Shown piece by piece: positions 48,575 to 61,739 of a DNA stretch of 64,000 nt; position 1 is the first letter of the stretch; each line of letters begins with the position of its first letter. Below the pieces are notes generated by a model. The model saw only the letters and a list, made by a program, of their open reading frames with translations. It ran no database searches and had not been told where the DNA came from. The stretch is from Octopus sinensis. Taxonomy: Eukaryota. The translations under genes and the position numbers were made by a program. The stretch spans positions 31,929,360 to 31,993,359 of the forward strand of contig NC_043019.1 in the NCBI RefSeq assembly GCF_006345805.1, written 5' to 3'.

Positions 48575-49150
48575 AGCGCGCCGGGCGAAATGCTTAGCGG
48601 TATTTCGTCTGTCGTTACGTTCTGAGTTCAAATTCCGCCGTGGTCGACTTTGCCTTTCATCCTTTCGGGGTCGATAAATTAAGTACCAGTTACGCACTGG
48701 GGTCGATATAATCGACTTAATACCTATGCCTGTCCTTGTCTGTCCCCTCTGTGTTTCATCCCCTTGTGGGCAGTAAAGAAATAGGTATTTCGTCTGTCGT
48801 TACGTTGTGAGTTCAAATTCCGCCGAGGTCGACTTTGCCTTTCATCCTTTCGAGGTCGATAAATTAAGTACCAGTTACGCACTGGGGTCGATATAATCGA
48901 CTTAATACCTATGTCTGTCCTTGTCTGTCCCCTCTGTGTTTTAGCCCCTTGTGGGCAGTAAAGAAATAGGTATTTCGTCTGTCGTTACGTTGTGAGTTCA
49001 AATTCCGCCGAGGTCGACTTTGCCTTTCATCCTTTCGGGGTCGATAAATTAAGTACCAGTTACGCACTGGGGTCGATGTAAACGAATTAATCCGTTTGTC
49101 TGTCCTTGTTTGTCCCCTCTATGTTTAGCTCCTTGTGGGCAATAAAGAAA
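48575..49150 (+). mobile_element. SINE-B tandem array (3 units) following a SINE-A 5' half (48450-48570)
   Basis: Units joined at aaagaaataggta|tttcgtctgtcg. Confidence 0.9.
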
Positions 49151-49890
49151 CATGTATATATAAAGATAAAACTTACTTGGAAGAGTATGCGTGGTGTTCA
49201 ATCATATAATATGTCTATCTCGCTCCCCCTCTTGTTCTAAATCCTTTCTGGTTTTCTCTCCCACCCTTCCCTATTCTTCTCCTCTCCCCCCCTTCCCTAT
49301 TCTTCTCCTCTCCCCTTCATCGTTCCCTCTCTCTCACTTCTCCTTCTCGATTCTCTGTCTTTCTGACTACTATATTTTGGTTGGATGACGCTTCCACGAG
49401 AGATTTTGAGCTCTCATAAGCTGTAGAAACCATGCCAAAGCAGTCATAAGGACTTGGCGGAGCCCTCTGCCTCGTCTGTCCCTATTAGACCGTCCAACCC
49501 ATGCCAGCATGGAAAAAGGAACGTTAAATGGTGATAACGATGTTGTTTCGTTCCAACAAAACACCCGCGATAAATGAGTCAACGATAGCTTAATAGAACA
49601 CATGGGAGAAACGGGTTTCATTCCAAGACCACCAAACATCGTAATCTGTAGCTGGAGCATTTAACCTCTGATTAGCGCAGCTCATTTAGATGTGTGCAGG
49701 TACCGGATTTGTTCATGTTTTATGGTGTAGGCATGGCTGCGTTGTTAAGGATCTTGCTTGCCAATTATATGGTCTGGAGTTCAGTCTCACCGTGGAACAC
49801 CTCGGGCAAGCGTCTTCTGCTATGGTCCTGGGACGGCAAAAGCCTTGGGACTGGATTTGGCTGATGGAAACTGAAAGAGGCCTATTCTAC

Positions 49891-49944
<54 letters not shown>

Positions 49945-50310
49945 CTAGATATCACATGATGGTTGTAAATGAGCATCATCGTCATACATGCGGCGTTGTC
50001 CGTTTCCAATCGTCCGCGGAAAAACACATCTGGCCGTAGGAAATCTTGTCTCAACATACTCCATCTGACCTCTGCATGTGGTCCAAGCAGAATCTTATTG
50101 GTGCGAGGCTAGGGACTTATCCAGGACACTAGTGTTCTCTCATCTGCTTCGAAACAAACACCCTTGTCCTTTCCATTGTCCACTGTCCACTTTGGTTGTA
50201 TTGTACTCTCTCTCCCCCCTCTCTCCCCAGTGTCTACTCTGGTCGTTTTGTACTCCACTGACCGCTCTGGTTATATTCTATTCTCTCCACTGTCCAGTCT
50301 GTTTCTGTAT

Positions 50311-50910
50311 ACCTATTTCTTTACTACTCACAAGGAGCTAAACACAGAGGGGACAAACAAGGACAGACAAACGGATTAAGTCGATTATATCGACCCCAGT
50401 GTGTAACTGGTACTTATTTAATCGACCCCGAAAGGATGAAAGGCAAAATCGACCTCGGCGGAATTTGAACTCAGAACGCAGCGGCAGACGAAATACCTAT
50501 TTCTTTACTACCCACAAGGGGCTAAACACAGAGGGGACAACAAGTCAGACAAACGGATTAATTAAGTCGATTATATCGACCCCAGTGCGTAACTGGTACT
50601 AATTATCGACCCCGAAAGGATGAAAGACAAAGTCGACCTCGGCGGAATTTGAACTCAGAACGTAACGGCGGACGAAATACCTATTTCTATTACCCACAAG
50701 GGGCTAAACACAGAGGGGACAACAAGGACAGACATAGGTATTAAGTCGATTACATCGACCCCAGTGCGTTACTGGTACTTAATTTATCGACCTCGAAAGG
50801 ATGAAAGGCAAAGTTGACCTCGGCGGAATTTGAACTCACAACGTAACGCAGACGAAATACCGCTAAGCATTTTGCCCGGCGTGCTAACGTTTCAGCCAGC
50901 TCGCCGCCTT
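50311..50910 (-). mobile_element. SINE-B tandem array (3 units) with target-site duplication
   Basis: ctgtttctgtat at 50299-50310 and 50911-50922. Confidence 0.9.
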
Positions 50911-50937
50911 CTGTTTCTGTATCCCTGTTGATATTTG

Positions 50938-51250
50938 TAAAGGCGTGTGACTTAGTGGTGAGGTTATTCGGCTTACACCCAAAAGATCCCGTGTTCGATA
51001 CCCTGCAGCGCATTGTATCCTTGAGCAAGACACTTCATTTCATGTTGCTCCAGTCCACTCATCTGGCAAAACTGTATTTCAAAGGTCCAGCCTTGTCACA
51101 TTCAGCATGTCCTACAGAATCTCGCTGAGGACTACATTAAGGGCAGGCATGTCTATGGAGTACTCAGCCACATGCACGTTAATTTCGCGAGCAACCTGTT
51201 GATCGGATCAACTGGAACACCCTTCACCGTAACCGACAGGGTACCAGTTG
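50938..51250 (+). mobile_element. tRNA-headed SINE with CORE-like box
   Basis: aaggcgtgtgacttagtggtgagg...gttcgatacc head; ccttgagcaagacacttcatttcatgttgctccagtccactca. Confidence 0.75.
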
Positions 51251-51981
51251 CTGATATTCATCCTTAGTAAATTTTGATTGAACAGACCTACTATTTAAAG
51301 TATTCCCCCTGTCACCGTCCCATCTTTTAGGTTTACGTGGGACTACATAATCAAATGTGCTCTTGCAGTAAGGTGTAATTTGAGGGAGATTTGGATGCTA
51401 TATCCAGCAGGTCAGTAGTTTTCCTTGTTGACTCCTCTGTATGTGTGTGTAAATTATAGTGATGGCTCACTGGAGATACGAGAAAGAGCCGAAAAATTCC
51501 TGGCTTTGGCTAAAAATAAAATACGGAGGACCGGTTAATTATGATTTTATCCAACATATTCCCCCTCTAAGTTTCACACCCTTATTGCAGCGGTCCTTCG
51601 GTTTTTCTAAGCCCTCTAAAAGAACTCGGAAGGCTGGGCCTCCAACCAGGCCCTTTCGCGACACCCTTAAAGCCAAGACATTTTCAGCACCACCTCGTAC
51701 AAAGTTATGTCAGTTCAAACCTGACAACCGCTGCTCTTGTTTTGCACTTTGTTTTGATATTGTGTATCCCTGGTACAATATTGTTGATTGGTGGGGTTTT
51801 GGGATGTCCCTGTTGTGCCCCCAGGATCACGAGGCCATTATGGCAATGATTCAAGGAGAGATGGTGGTGGATATGTCGGCAGTTGTGGTTTGGTCCTCTA
51901 CTTCCAAGTCAACCCTGGCGGAGAAGACTTAAGGGAGAACACATTATAGCCATGACAAGCCTGTCTTTTATTCAGATGGTA

Positions 51982-52325
51982 AAGACCCCCCTTCCTTTCC
52001 GTCATGAATGACCATTGGATTGTACCTAGAAAGTTCCTCTCCAAGGCACAAAACCAGACAAGCTTGTTTATGGAAGACCAGCAGTTGCCCATGCATACCA
52101 GGCTCCCTCTCTCCATGCCACTGATGTTATCCAAGTGAAAGGCAAAGGGGCCGATACAGCTTGGCGCCAATGACATCGCAACTCATTTCTACAGCTGAGT
52201 GAACTGGAGCAACATGAGATAAAGTGTCTTGCTCAAGAACCCAACACACAGCCTGGTCTGGGAATCGAATTCACTACTTCATGATTGTGAGCCCGCTGCT
52301 CTAACCACTGAGCCATGCACCTTCA
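51982..52325 (-). mobile_element. SINE-D
   Basis: Full-length reverse-complement copy. Confidence 0.85.
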
Positions 52326-52854
52326 CATGGCTCATTCGTGTTCTGTTATCTAATGCGACCTTCTTAGTTGTTTACCCTCATCTGTCTTGTCAGTTTTGGC
52401 CTGGCAGATCTGTACTACTGACATAAGCTTGTGGCGGCATTCACCCAGAGTTGGTTGAGTCGGCTCCGGCTAACGACCCTCATGAAGGCTAACCACATCC
52501 CACCACAGGCAAAGTAATGCTTCTGCTTGCATCAAGTTGCGCGGGGTGGGAACCCTGGCTTAGGAGCTCCGGGATTTTGAGTAGTTTGGAACCACCTCGA
52601 AGCTGCTTGTCAGGATCCCAGCTATAGGTTAATTAACATTTGATAGAAGAAGCTCTTAAGCACAAACCCTCACTGCCTTGAGAAAAGAAGAAAACCAAGG
52701 AATGGAGTCCCCCGGGTGGCTCAGTTACCTCTTCGACACTCTTCCATCAACTCTGGGAAAGGTAGAGTTCTCCAGTGTGACACCTACATCTTGCTGGCCA
52801 CCTTAGCTGTCTTAGCTTGTTGAGCCACTGTTGTCAGACTTCAAAGTCTAAACC

Positions 52855-52950
52855 AGTGGTTCTCAACCGGAGTCCAATATAAGATTTTTAGAGGCCCCAC
52901 CATAGTATTTTAAAGGCCCCCGAAAAAAAAATTGCTTTAGATGCATGCAT
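52855..52950. mobile_element. hAT-like terminal fragment
   Basis: cagtggttctcaacc terminus typical of Charlie-type hAT elements. Confidence 0.4.
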
Positions 52951-53064
52951 TGCTATGTATTGCATATAATCTGGAACTCGACTGAGGATAGAAAACTCTG
53001 AATGATCCGTCCTTGTTTTCCTTGTATCGTCTGTCTGGATGTTTTGTTGTTCCTTTTTTGTATG

Positions 53065-53123
<59 letters not shown>

Positions 53124-53197
53124 ATGTGTGGTATATATATATATATGTGTGTGTGTATGTGGTATATATATATATATGTGTGTGTGTGTGTATGTGG

Positions 53198-53229
<32 letters not shown>

Positions 53230-53236
<7 letters not shown>

Positions 53237-53430
53237 ATCCCCCAAAAAACAAATAACAAACACAGAAAAGCAACAATGTGAGGACGTGGTACATGTAAAG
53301 TATTAGCAGACACCCAGGGAAGGAAAGAAAGGTGGTTTTACGTTTCGAGCAGGCGCTTTTCTTCAGAAACAGAGGAAAGTCCAATAGAAAAGGAAAACGG
53401 AGGGAAAAAATCGCCAACGATTCACATGTG
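53230..53430 (-). mobile_element. PLE-like pseudo-LTR with an intact-core hammerhead motif
   Basis: Minus strand gttt-ctgaaga-a-aagc(gcct)gctc-gaaa-cgt-a-aaac at 53335-53370; similar to the 1620-1940 element. Confidence 0.6.
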
Positions 53431-53681
53431 GTTACATTTTGAAATGATGTGTGTATATGTATGTATGTGTGTATATGTATGTGTGTGAATATATGTGTGT
53501 GCATGTATATGAAATAACTTAGAATGTGTTGTTATAGAAATAAATGGAACGACTTGTTTGTAAAGTCAGCTGAGGAGGCGCATCCCACCTGTAAGGTACG
53601 GGATCTGTCGAAACGATTGTTGTGATATTGAATAAGGAGTCTTGTGAATTCCATTTTCTGTCTCTCATGTATGTATGTATG

Positions 53682-53727
<46 letters not shown>

Positions 53728-54336
53728 ATGAATGACGAAGCCACCTTGACTATGATCCTATGAACCGTAAAAATTAATACAGAGAGTTGCTTATTTGTAA
53801 AAAAATAAAAAATAACATGTGACTTCATTGACCGAGGTTACCGTGGTCTTTTCCGTAGGCTTTTCTTTCCACGGGTAAACCTCACCTGTCCTCCCCTTTA
53901 CACTTTATATTGACATTTCTGTGATAACGATCCCTATTGATCGATTTTTTTTCCTTTTCCTTTTATTTTCTATCCCACCCCCTTTTTTACCCCCAAAAGA
54001 AAAGCTCTACCTTGCAATTTGTCCTGTCTGTGTGCAGCCCTGTGTGGCTAATAAAGAAACCTATCTATCTATCTATGTGTGTTAGTATGTATGTGTGTAC
54101 ATCTACCACTTTTTTTTATATACATTAAATTTTGATATAATTATGAAAAATAAACACCATCTGAAAAGTATTAGAAGATTTCAAATATAGAATATCAATT
54201 TTGTCTGAAAGTTAAGAGGAAACAGTCTGTGGGGTAGACACACTTGTGGAGGTTTGCCTACATAAACACACATACATTCATATTTTTATAACAGACACCT
54301 GTGCACACGTATATACATATACACGCATATTCATAA

Positions 54337-54565
54337 ATTGGGTTGGTGCGTAATTATTGCGGCTTTTTTTTTCAACAAATTTTATTCAATAACAACATGT
54401 AACAAAAACATCTTTAAATGATTATTCCGGAGCATATTCACCATCTACTTCAATTACTGTTCTCCATTTGCTTGGCAGACGGTCAGACCGTCATTTAAAG
54501 ATAATTTTGTTAAATATTGTTATTGTTGAATAAAATTTGTTGAAAAAAAGCCGAAATAACCCAAT
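54337..54565. mobile_element. mariner-derived MITE
   Basis: Hsmar1-like terminus ttgggttggtgcgtaattattgcgg; ~55 bp inverted arms; minus strand reads DRLPSKWRTVIEVDGEYAPE*, a mariner-like C-terminus. Confidence 0.8.
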
Positions 54566-55151
54566 ATTTTTATAATACAGCTCAATATTTTTATAATATA
54601 TACATACATTCATACATATTTATATTTAAACCCACCACACACACTACACACACACACACACATGAGTGCTGTTCTGCTATTGGGTTTTCTATTTAAAAAT
54701 AATTTCTTTCGTTTCTATCGTATATATATATATATAATTATTTGAGGGGATATAAATCCAAAAGGGAAAAAAATTCAATTTAGAAATACTAAATTTTAAT
54801 ATTAATATTTCTACTATATATGTAATTTAATTGTTCATTTTGAATTGATGAAAGGTGGGGTTTTTTTCTAATTTATATATATATATGTTTATGTCCCCGT
54901 TACTTAGCGGTTCGGCAAAAGAGACCGATAGAATAAGTACTGGGCTTACAAAAAGAATAAGTCCCGGGGTCGAGTTGCTCGATTAAAGGCGGTGCTCCAG
55001 CATGGCCGCAGTCAAATGACTGAAACAAGTAAAAGAGTAAAGAGTATATATATATATATATACATGCATTTCGGAAATACTATAGAAAGTACCTTTATAA
55101 AAAGTACATGTCTCAATTACCAAGAATAGATATCTTCGGTTAGCTGGGTTG

Positions 55152-55745
55152 CAGTGCTACTAAAAGTGGAGGTCCGCGGACCCGTGCCGGTCCGCGAGCC
55201 ATCAGCTGCCGGTACGCGGCGAATTTCCAGAAAAGAAAGAAACATTATAAAAATGCTTATGCAATATTGTATTATTTGTTTGCAAAAATGATGTAAAATA
55301 AAAACTGTCGGCGATCTTTCGTCTCTAGTAGACTTTTCCGTCGATTTCCGTAAAAAAAAATTTTTTTTTTTTTTACATATGGGCTTGCGGGAACTTTTGA
55401 AGTAATATACATACATATATACACATACACCGAGTAAAAAATTTCAGTTATCTCTCTCTTTCACACATTACTCTCTCTCTGTCTCTTCACACACACTAAT
55501 AGAAGCACTTCACTTACACAACATACTGTCTGTCTCCCACACCCCATCAAACACACACACACATGTACATCAATGCGTCCCATGCACGGTAACTTCAAAA
55601 GAACTTCCCTCGTCATAAAATCGCTTTCTCTTAGTCTCTCTTTCGCTCTCATTACTTCAAAAGTTCCCGCAAGCCCATATGTAAAAAAAAAAAAAATTTT
55701 TACGGAAATCGACGGAAAGGTCTACTAGAGACGAAAGATTGCCAA
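55152..55745. mobile_element. hAT/Charlie-like fragment with an internal ~100 bp inverted repeat
   Basis: cagtgctactaaaagtggaggtccgcggacccgtgccggtccgcg terminus; 55310-55407 is inverted at 55651-55743. Confidence 0.6.
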
Positions 55746-56127
55746 ACTGTCAACTTTTATCATATTCATTATATATATTGTTTCCTGTTATAAATTAATA
55801 TTACTAAGAAATATTACCGCTCCCTGGCACATTGAGGGGAAAAAAATAATAATAAAACTGCCGGTAACGCCATATCAGATAGTTTGACAAGCATTTGTCT
55901 CCACACACGACAGGAATATCAGGTACAAATACCCCTACACGGAATCTTAATATTCAATTAATATTGTTTTGGTGCGCCGATACTGCTGATCTAGCAAGGT
56001 ACCTCAATTTAAGTACCTAATTCAACGAAATCTTATGTATAAAGATATAATAATATATATTATATATTATATATTAATATATATATATATATATAATATA
56101 TATATTATTATTATTATTATTATTATA

Positions 56128-56900
56128 TTCTTTTACTTTAGATATTTCACTGTGACCATGCTGGAACACCGCCTTTAGTCGAACAAACGACCCCAGTACT
56201 TATTGTTTGTAAGCCTGGTATCTATTCTATCGGTCTTTTGCCGAACCACTAAGTTACGGAGAGTAAACACACCAACATCGGTTGTCAAGTGATGGTGGGC
56301 GGGGACAAATACAGACACAAAATACATACATGTCTGTATAAATATACAACGGGCTTCTTTCAGTTTCCGTCTACCAAATCCTCTCACAAAGCTTTGGTCG
56401 GCCCGGGGCTATAGTAGAAGACACTTTCCCAAGGTGCCACGTAGAGGGACCGAACCCGGAACCATGTGGTTGGGAAGCACGCTTCTTATATATAATGTGT
56501 AGGCGGCGAGCTGGCAGATACGTTTGCGCCCCGGGCGAAATGCGTAGCCGTATTTCGTCTGCCTCTACGTTCTGAGTTCAAATTCCGCCGAGGTCGACTT
56601 TGCCTTTCATCCTTTCGGGGTCGATAAATAAAGTACCAGTTACGCACTGGGGTCGATGTAATCGACTTAATCTGTTTGTCCTCTCTGTGTTTAGCTCCTT
56701 GTGGGTAGTAAAGAAATAGGTATTTCGTCTGTCGTTACGTTCTGAGTTCAAATTCTGCCGAAGTCGAGTTTGCCTTTCATCCTTCCGGGGTCGATAAATA
56801 AAGTACTAGTTTTGCACTGGGATCGATGTAATCGACTTAATCCCTTTGTCTGTCCTTGTTTGTCCCCTCTATGTTTAGCCCCTTGTAGGCAATAAAGAAA
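56128..56900. mobile_element. SINE-A (minus, 56128-56490) and SINE-B dimer (plus, 56503-56900)
   Basis: Matches to the local consensus sequences. Confidence 0.9.
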
Positions 56901-57491
56901 TATATATATGTGTGTGTGTACACTCACACACACGAGACAAACTTCTTTCGGATTCCATTTACCAAATCCATTCACATCTTTGGGCATCCCGGGACTCTCG
57001 CAGAAGATTCTGTTATGCCGTGGTACTGAACCTGAAAGGAAACTTCCCGGTTGAGAACCAAGTTTCTTAAACCACACGGCAACGCCTTCAGTCCATGTCG
57101 AAAATATCTTACGAAACAACTACAAATTAAGTATTAATCTCTTTACAGTGTTGTGAACCCCTTCAGACTTTAGAAGAAATGAAATGAAGAACATTATTAT
57201 GCTGTTAGTTAGCATAAAGGACTAAATTGTTTTTTTCTTTTAATCATGTTGTGTCAAAGAAAAAGGTGAAGAAAAATAATCGTTCACATTCGAAACCCCA
57301 AAACATGCTAAAGTATGCAAAACAAGGGACGACTCTGCGAGTGCGTGTGTGTGTAGAATGCATGGATATAAAATGCGTGTGTCTATACACGCGCGCACTT
57401 TATCCATCCATCTACATTCATACATATAGTGTTTATATTTATGTCGTGTAATAAGTTCTTAAAAGTATGTATATATTTGCGCGTGCATATG

Positions 57492-57499
<8 letters not shown>

Positions 57500-57522
<23 letters not shown>

Positions 57523-57761
57523 ATATCTTTGTATTTGTGTGTGTGTGTATATCTTTGTATTTGTGTGTGTATATGTGTGTACCTTTGTATTTGTGTGTAT
57601 ATGTGTGTTTACCTTTGTATTTGTGTGTATATGTGTGTGTACCTTTGTATTTGTGTGTATATATACCTCTGTATTTGTGTGTATATATGTGTGTGTGTGT
57701 GTGTCTACCTCTGTATTTGTATGTATATATGTGTGTGTGTGTCTACCTCTGTATTTGTGTG

Positions 57762-57794
<33 letters not shown>

Positions 57795-57811
57795 ACCTTT
57801 GTATTTGTGTG

Positions 57812-57844
<33 letters not shown>

Positions 57845-57920
57845 CTACCTCTGTATTTGTGTGTATGTATATATATGCGTGTGTGTGTGTCTACCTCTGT
57901 ATTTGTGTGTATGTATATAT
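57500..57920. repeat. Minisatellite (acctYtgtatttgtgtgtatat + (GT)n)
   Basis: About 10 units of variable length. Confidence 0.9.
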
Positions 57921-58079
57921 ATGTAGGTATTTGTGTGCGTGTTTATATATCCAGTCTATCCGACATAGAGACGCACATATCTGTATGTACACACACACTC
58001 ACATATACACACACACACGCATACACACACACACATACACTCGTATGTACCTAAGCGTGTGTGTGTGTGAAGTGTTAGA

Positions 58080-58773
58080 AAGGTAACGAAGCGGAGAAGG
58101 CAAAAAAAAAAAAAAACGTTTTCTCCCGATGACATCCTAGTTATCTCCCTTACATCATAAACTTAGAGACGTTTTTTTCGTTTTCCGTTTGTCTTTCTTT
58201 CATCCTTCTTATTCAAGCGGATCTCTGAAACCATTTCCCACCCGGGACTCTCTTCTCTCTTTCTCTCTTCGGACATTAAGTCTGCGCTACATTTATCTTA
58301 AGTATTTTCTGTTTAGCAATCTTTCGGTATTGGTAGATGACGTCATTCACTCACACACAACCTTCGCTCATGACATAAAGAGGCGAGGCTGAAAAAAAAA
58401 TAAGGTTAAACGACGTCGTCTCCTCATATCGATACCCTGTAGACCAATACCGAAGGATCGCCCTTTGTTGGTGTCGTTTTTTTCTTTCTTCTTTTTCTTC
58501 ATTTCTAATTAAAACATCTGGCTGCGATTTTAGAGGTGTGTTGCTGCTACTTCTAGCAGGTTAAGCGACTGGCTACGTTGTCCGCTCCGTTCTCATCGCT
58601 CATTCATCACGATGTGGATGTGATTATTGTTTAAAAAAATAAAAAAAATAAAAAAAAACACCTCGAATTTATTCGTTCGGAATTTTAAAAGTCTCGTGTT
58701 CTGATTCTGGTGATGTCAACTTCGCCTTCCATCAATTTCGAAATCGATAAAGTAGAATGCTGCTAATGTTCTA

Positions 58774-58780
<7 letters not shown>
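58080..58780. promoter_or_regulatory. CpG-enriched unique segment with CRE, CCAAT and DRE-like motifs
   Basis: ATTGG at 58329, aTGACGTCAt at 58337-58346, TATCGATA at 58427-58434, CCAAT at about 58444; many CpGs outside repeats. Confidence 0.35.
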
Positions 58781-58808
<28 letters not shown>

Positions 58809-58986
58809 GTATGTCGATTTAATCGATGTTTTTTTTAAATTCCCATTAAATTTCTGACCTTGTGCTTATTTTCGAAAATATCATTATTGTTAGAAATATA
58901 TATATGTGTGTGTGTGTATATATATGTATGTTTATATATTCGTATGTATGTATATATATATATATGTGTGCGTGTATGTACGTATG

Positions 58987-59080
<94 letters not shown>

Positions 59081-59175
59081 TATATATGTATATATATATA
59101 CACACACACATATATATGTATATATACACACACACACACACATATATATATATACACACATATATATATATGCAT

Positions 59176-59221
<46 letters not shown>

Positions 59222-59245
59222 ACATACACATACATAAACACAATA

Positions 59246-59578
59246 AAGACCCCCTTTGGTCATGAATGACTGTGGCATTGCACCTCGAAAGTTCTCCGAC
59301 GAGGCACAAATCTGGGCAAGGTTGTTTATGAAAGACCAGTAGTCGCCCATGCCTACCGGCCTCTCCCTCTCCATGCCACTGATGTTATCCAAAGGAAATG
59401 CAAAGGCTGATACAGCTTGGCACCAGTGATGTCACAACTGATTTCTACAGCTGAGCGAACTAGAGCAATGTGAAAATAAAGTGTCTTGCTCAAGAACACA
59501 ACACACAGCCCGGTCCTGGACTCTAATTCACTATCTCGTGATTGTGAGCCTGACACCCTGCTGAGCCATGCACCTTCA
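59246..59578 (-). mobile_element. SINE-D
   Basis: Full-length reverse-complement copy. Confidence 0.85.
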
Positions 59579-60156
59579 TGTGTTCATATATATATATATT
59601 TACACACACACACACACATACACACGATGGGCTTCCACACTGTTTCTGATTACCAAAGACATTTACAAGGCATTGGTTGGGCTTGGAGGCTGTAGTAGAA
59701 AACACTCGCCCAATGTACTGTGCAGTGGAACTGAACTGTAAACCATGTGCTTGCCAAGGAATTCAATGGTGATTTAGTTGTTATCTCTAGCAAATTGGGT
59801 GGCCATCTCAAGGCTTCCTTCTCTTTGTTGGCTCACATTTCGTTTGCTCTGTCTCATAGCAAGCTCGCACATAATTTACTCCTGTAATTAGCAGTTTAGT
59901 GGATCATAACATACATAATGAGATGAGCTAAGAAATTTTAACTAAGCAATTAATTACACCTGTTGTGGGAAGAAACAATTATGATTTTAATGAGTAATTT
60001 TGGCAGAGAAAGGCTTGGAGGTGAGGGAGGGGAGGTGGTGGAAGGAGTGGTGAGTCCGTGATGAAGAAGCTTGTCTGAATTTTAGCAACACAGTAATGAT
60101 TCCAGATATGGTTCAGACTTATTCGCCGTTTTGTTACCATATTTCTGTTGAAATAT

Positions 60157-60575
60157 ACTCTTTTACTCTTTTACTTGTTTCAGTCATTTGACTGCGGCCA
60201 TGCTGGAGCACCACCTTTAGTTCGAGCAAATCGACCCCGGGACTTATTCTTTGCAAGCCCAGTACTTATTCTATCGGTCTCTTTTGCCGAACCACTAAGT
60301 GACGGGGACGTAAACACACCAGCATCGGTTGTCAAGCAATGCTAGGGGGACAAACGCAGACACACAAACATACACACACACACACACACTTATATATATA
60401 CATATATACGACAGGCTTCTTTCAGTTTCCGTCTACCAAATCCACTCACAAGGCATTGGTCGGCCCGGGGCTATAGCAGAAGAGACACTTGCCCAAGATG
60501 CCATGCAGTGGGACTGAACCTGGAACCATGTGGTTGGTAAGCAAGCTACTTACCACACAGCCACTCTTGCGCCTA
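60157..60575 (-). mobile_element. SINE-A with a 19 bp target-site duplication
   Basis: catatttctgttgaaatat at 60138-60156 and 60580-60598. Confidence 0.9.
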
Positions 60576-60744
60576 TTAGCATATTTCTGTTGAAATATGT
60601 TGCGTTTGTTTCAATCAGTTTAGAAAATAACGAAGATGTAATGATGTAATTTGCAAGCTGGTTGTTTGGAATCTAAATTAGCATGAAAATTTTGAGGGAA
60701 GGTTTGAGGGCAGCTTTTTGTTAGAATATTTCTGTTGATGTAGG

Positions 60745-61600
60745 GCAGCAAGCTAGCAAAATCGTTAGCACGCCGGGTGAAACACTTAACGGTATTTCGT
60801 CTGCCGCTACGTTCTGAGTTCAAATTCTGCTGAGGTCGACTTTGCCTTTCATCCTTTCAGGGTCGATTAAATAAGTACCTATTTCTTTACTACCCACAAG
60901 GGGCTAAACACAGAGAGGACAGACAAGGAGATTAAGTCGATTACATTGACCCCAGTGCGTAACTGGTACTTAATTTATCGACCCTGAAAGGATGAAAGGC
61001 AAAGTCAACCTCGGCGGAATTTGAACTCAGAACGTAACGGCAGACGAAATACGGCTACGCATTTCGTCCGGCGTGCTAAAGTTTCTGCCAGCTCGCCGCC
61101 TTGAATTAAATAAGTACCAGTTACGCACTGGGATCGAGATAATCGACTTAATCCGTCTGTCTGTCCTTGTTTGTCTCCTCTGTGTTTAGCCCCTTCTGGG
61201 CAATAAAAGAAATAGGTATTTCGTCTGCCGTTACGTTCTGACCTCAAATTCCGTCAAGGTCGACTTTGCCTTTCATCCTTTCGGGGTCGATAAATTAAGT
61301 ACCAGTTACGCATCGTTGTCGATATAATCGACTTAATCCGTTTGTCTGTCCTTGTTTGTCCCTTCTATGTTTAGCCCCTTGTGGGCAATAAAGAAATAAG
61401 AATCGTTAGCATGCCGGGCGAAATGCTTAGCGAAATGTTTCATCTGAGTTACATTCTGAGGTCAAATTCTGCTGAAGTCGACATTGCCTTTCATCCTTTC
61501 AGGGTCGATTAAATAAGTACCAGTTACATGCTGGGGTCGATGTAATCGACTTAATCTATTTGTCTATCCTTGTTTGTCCCCTCTATGTTTAGCGCCCTGT
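60745..61600. mobile_element. SINE-B nest: plus-strand array with an antisense copy inserted (60880-61104)
   Basis: attaaataagtacc duplicated at 60866-60879 and 61105-61118. Confidence 0.9.
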
Positions 61601-61739
61601 GAGCCATAAAGAAATAAATATTACTATTGGTGTAGAAATAACAATATTTTGAAAAAAAAAGTGATTCTTTGTTTCAATTAATTTTGATAATAAAAGAAAA
61701 ATTAATTTGAAATTTTGATGAACGGTTTTAATTTAGATT

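Noticed and set aside
51459-51932. 157 aa non-repetitive ORF
   Set aside because: Starts at GTG, has no motif I recognise, and sits among repeats; probably a fragment of an unclassified element, as is 52330-52830.
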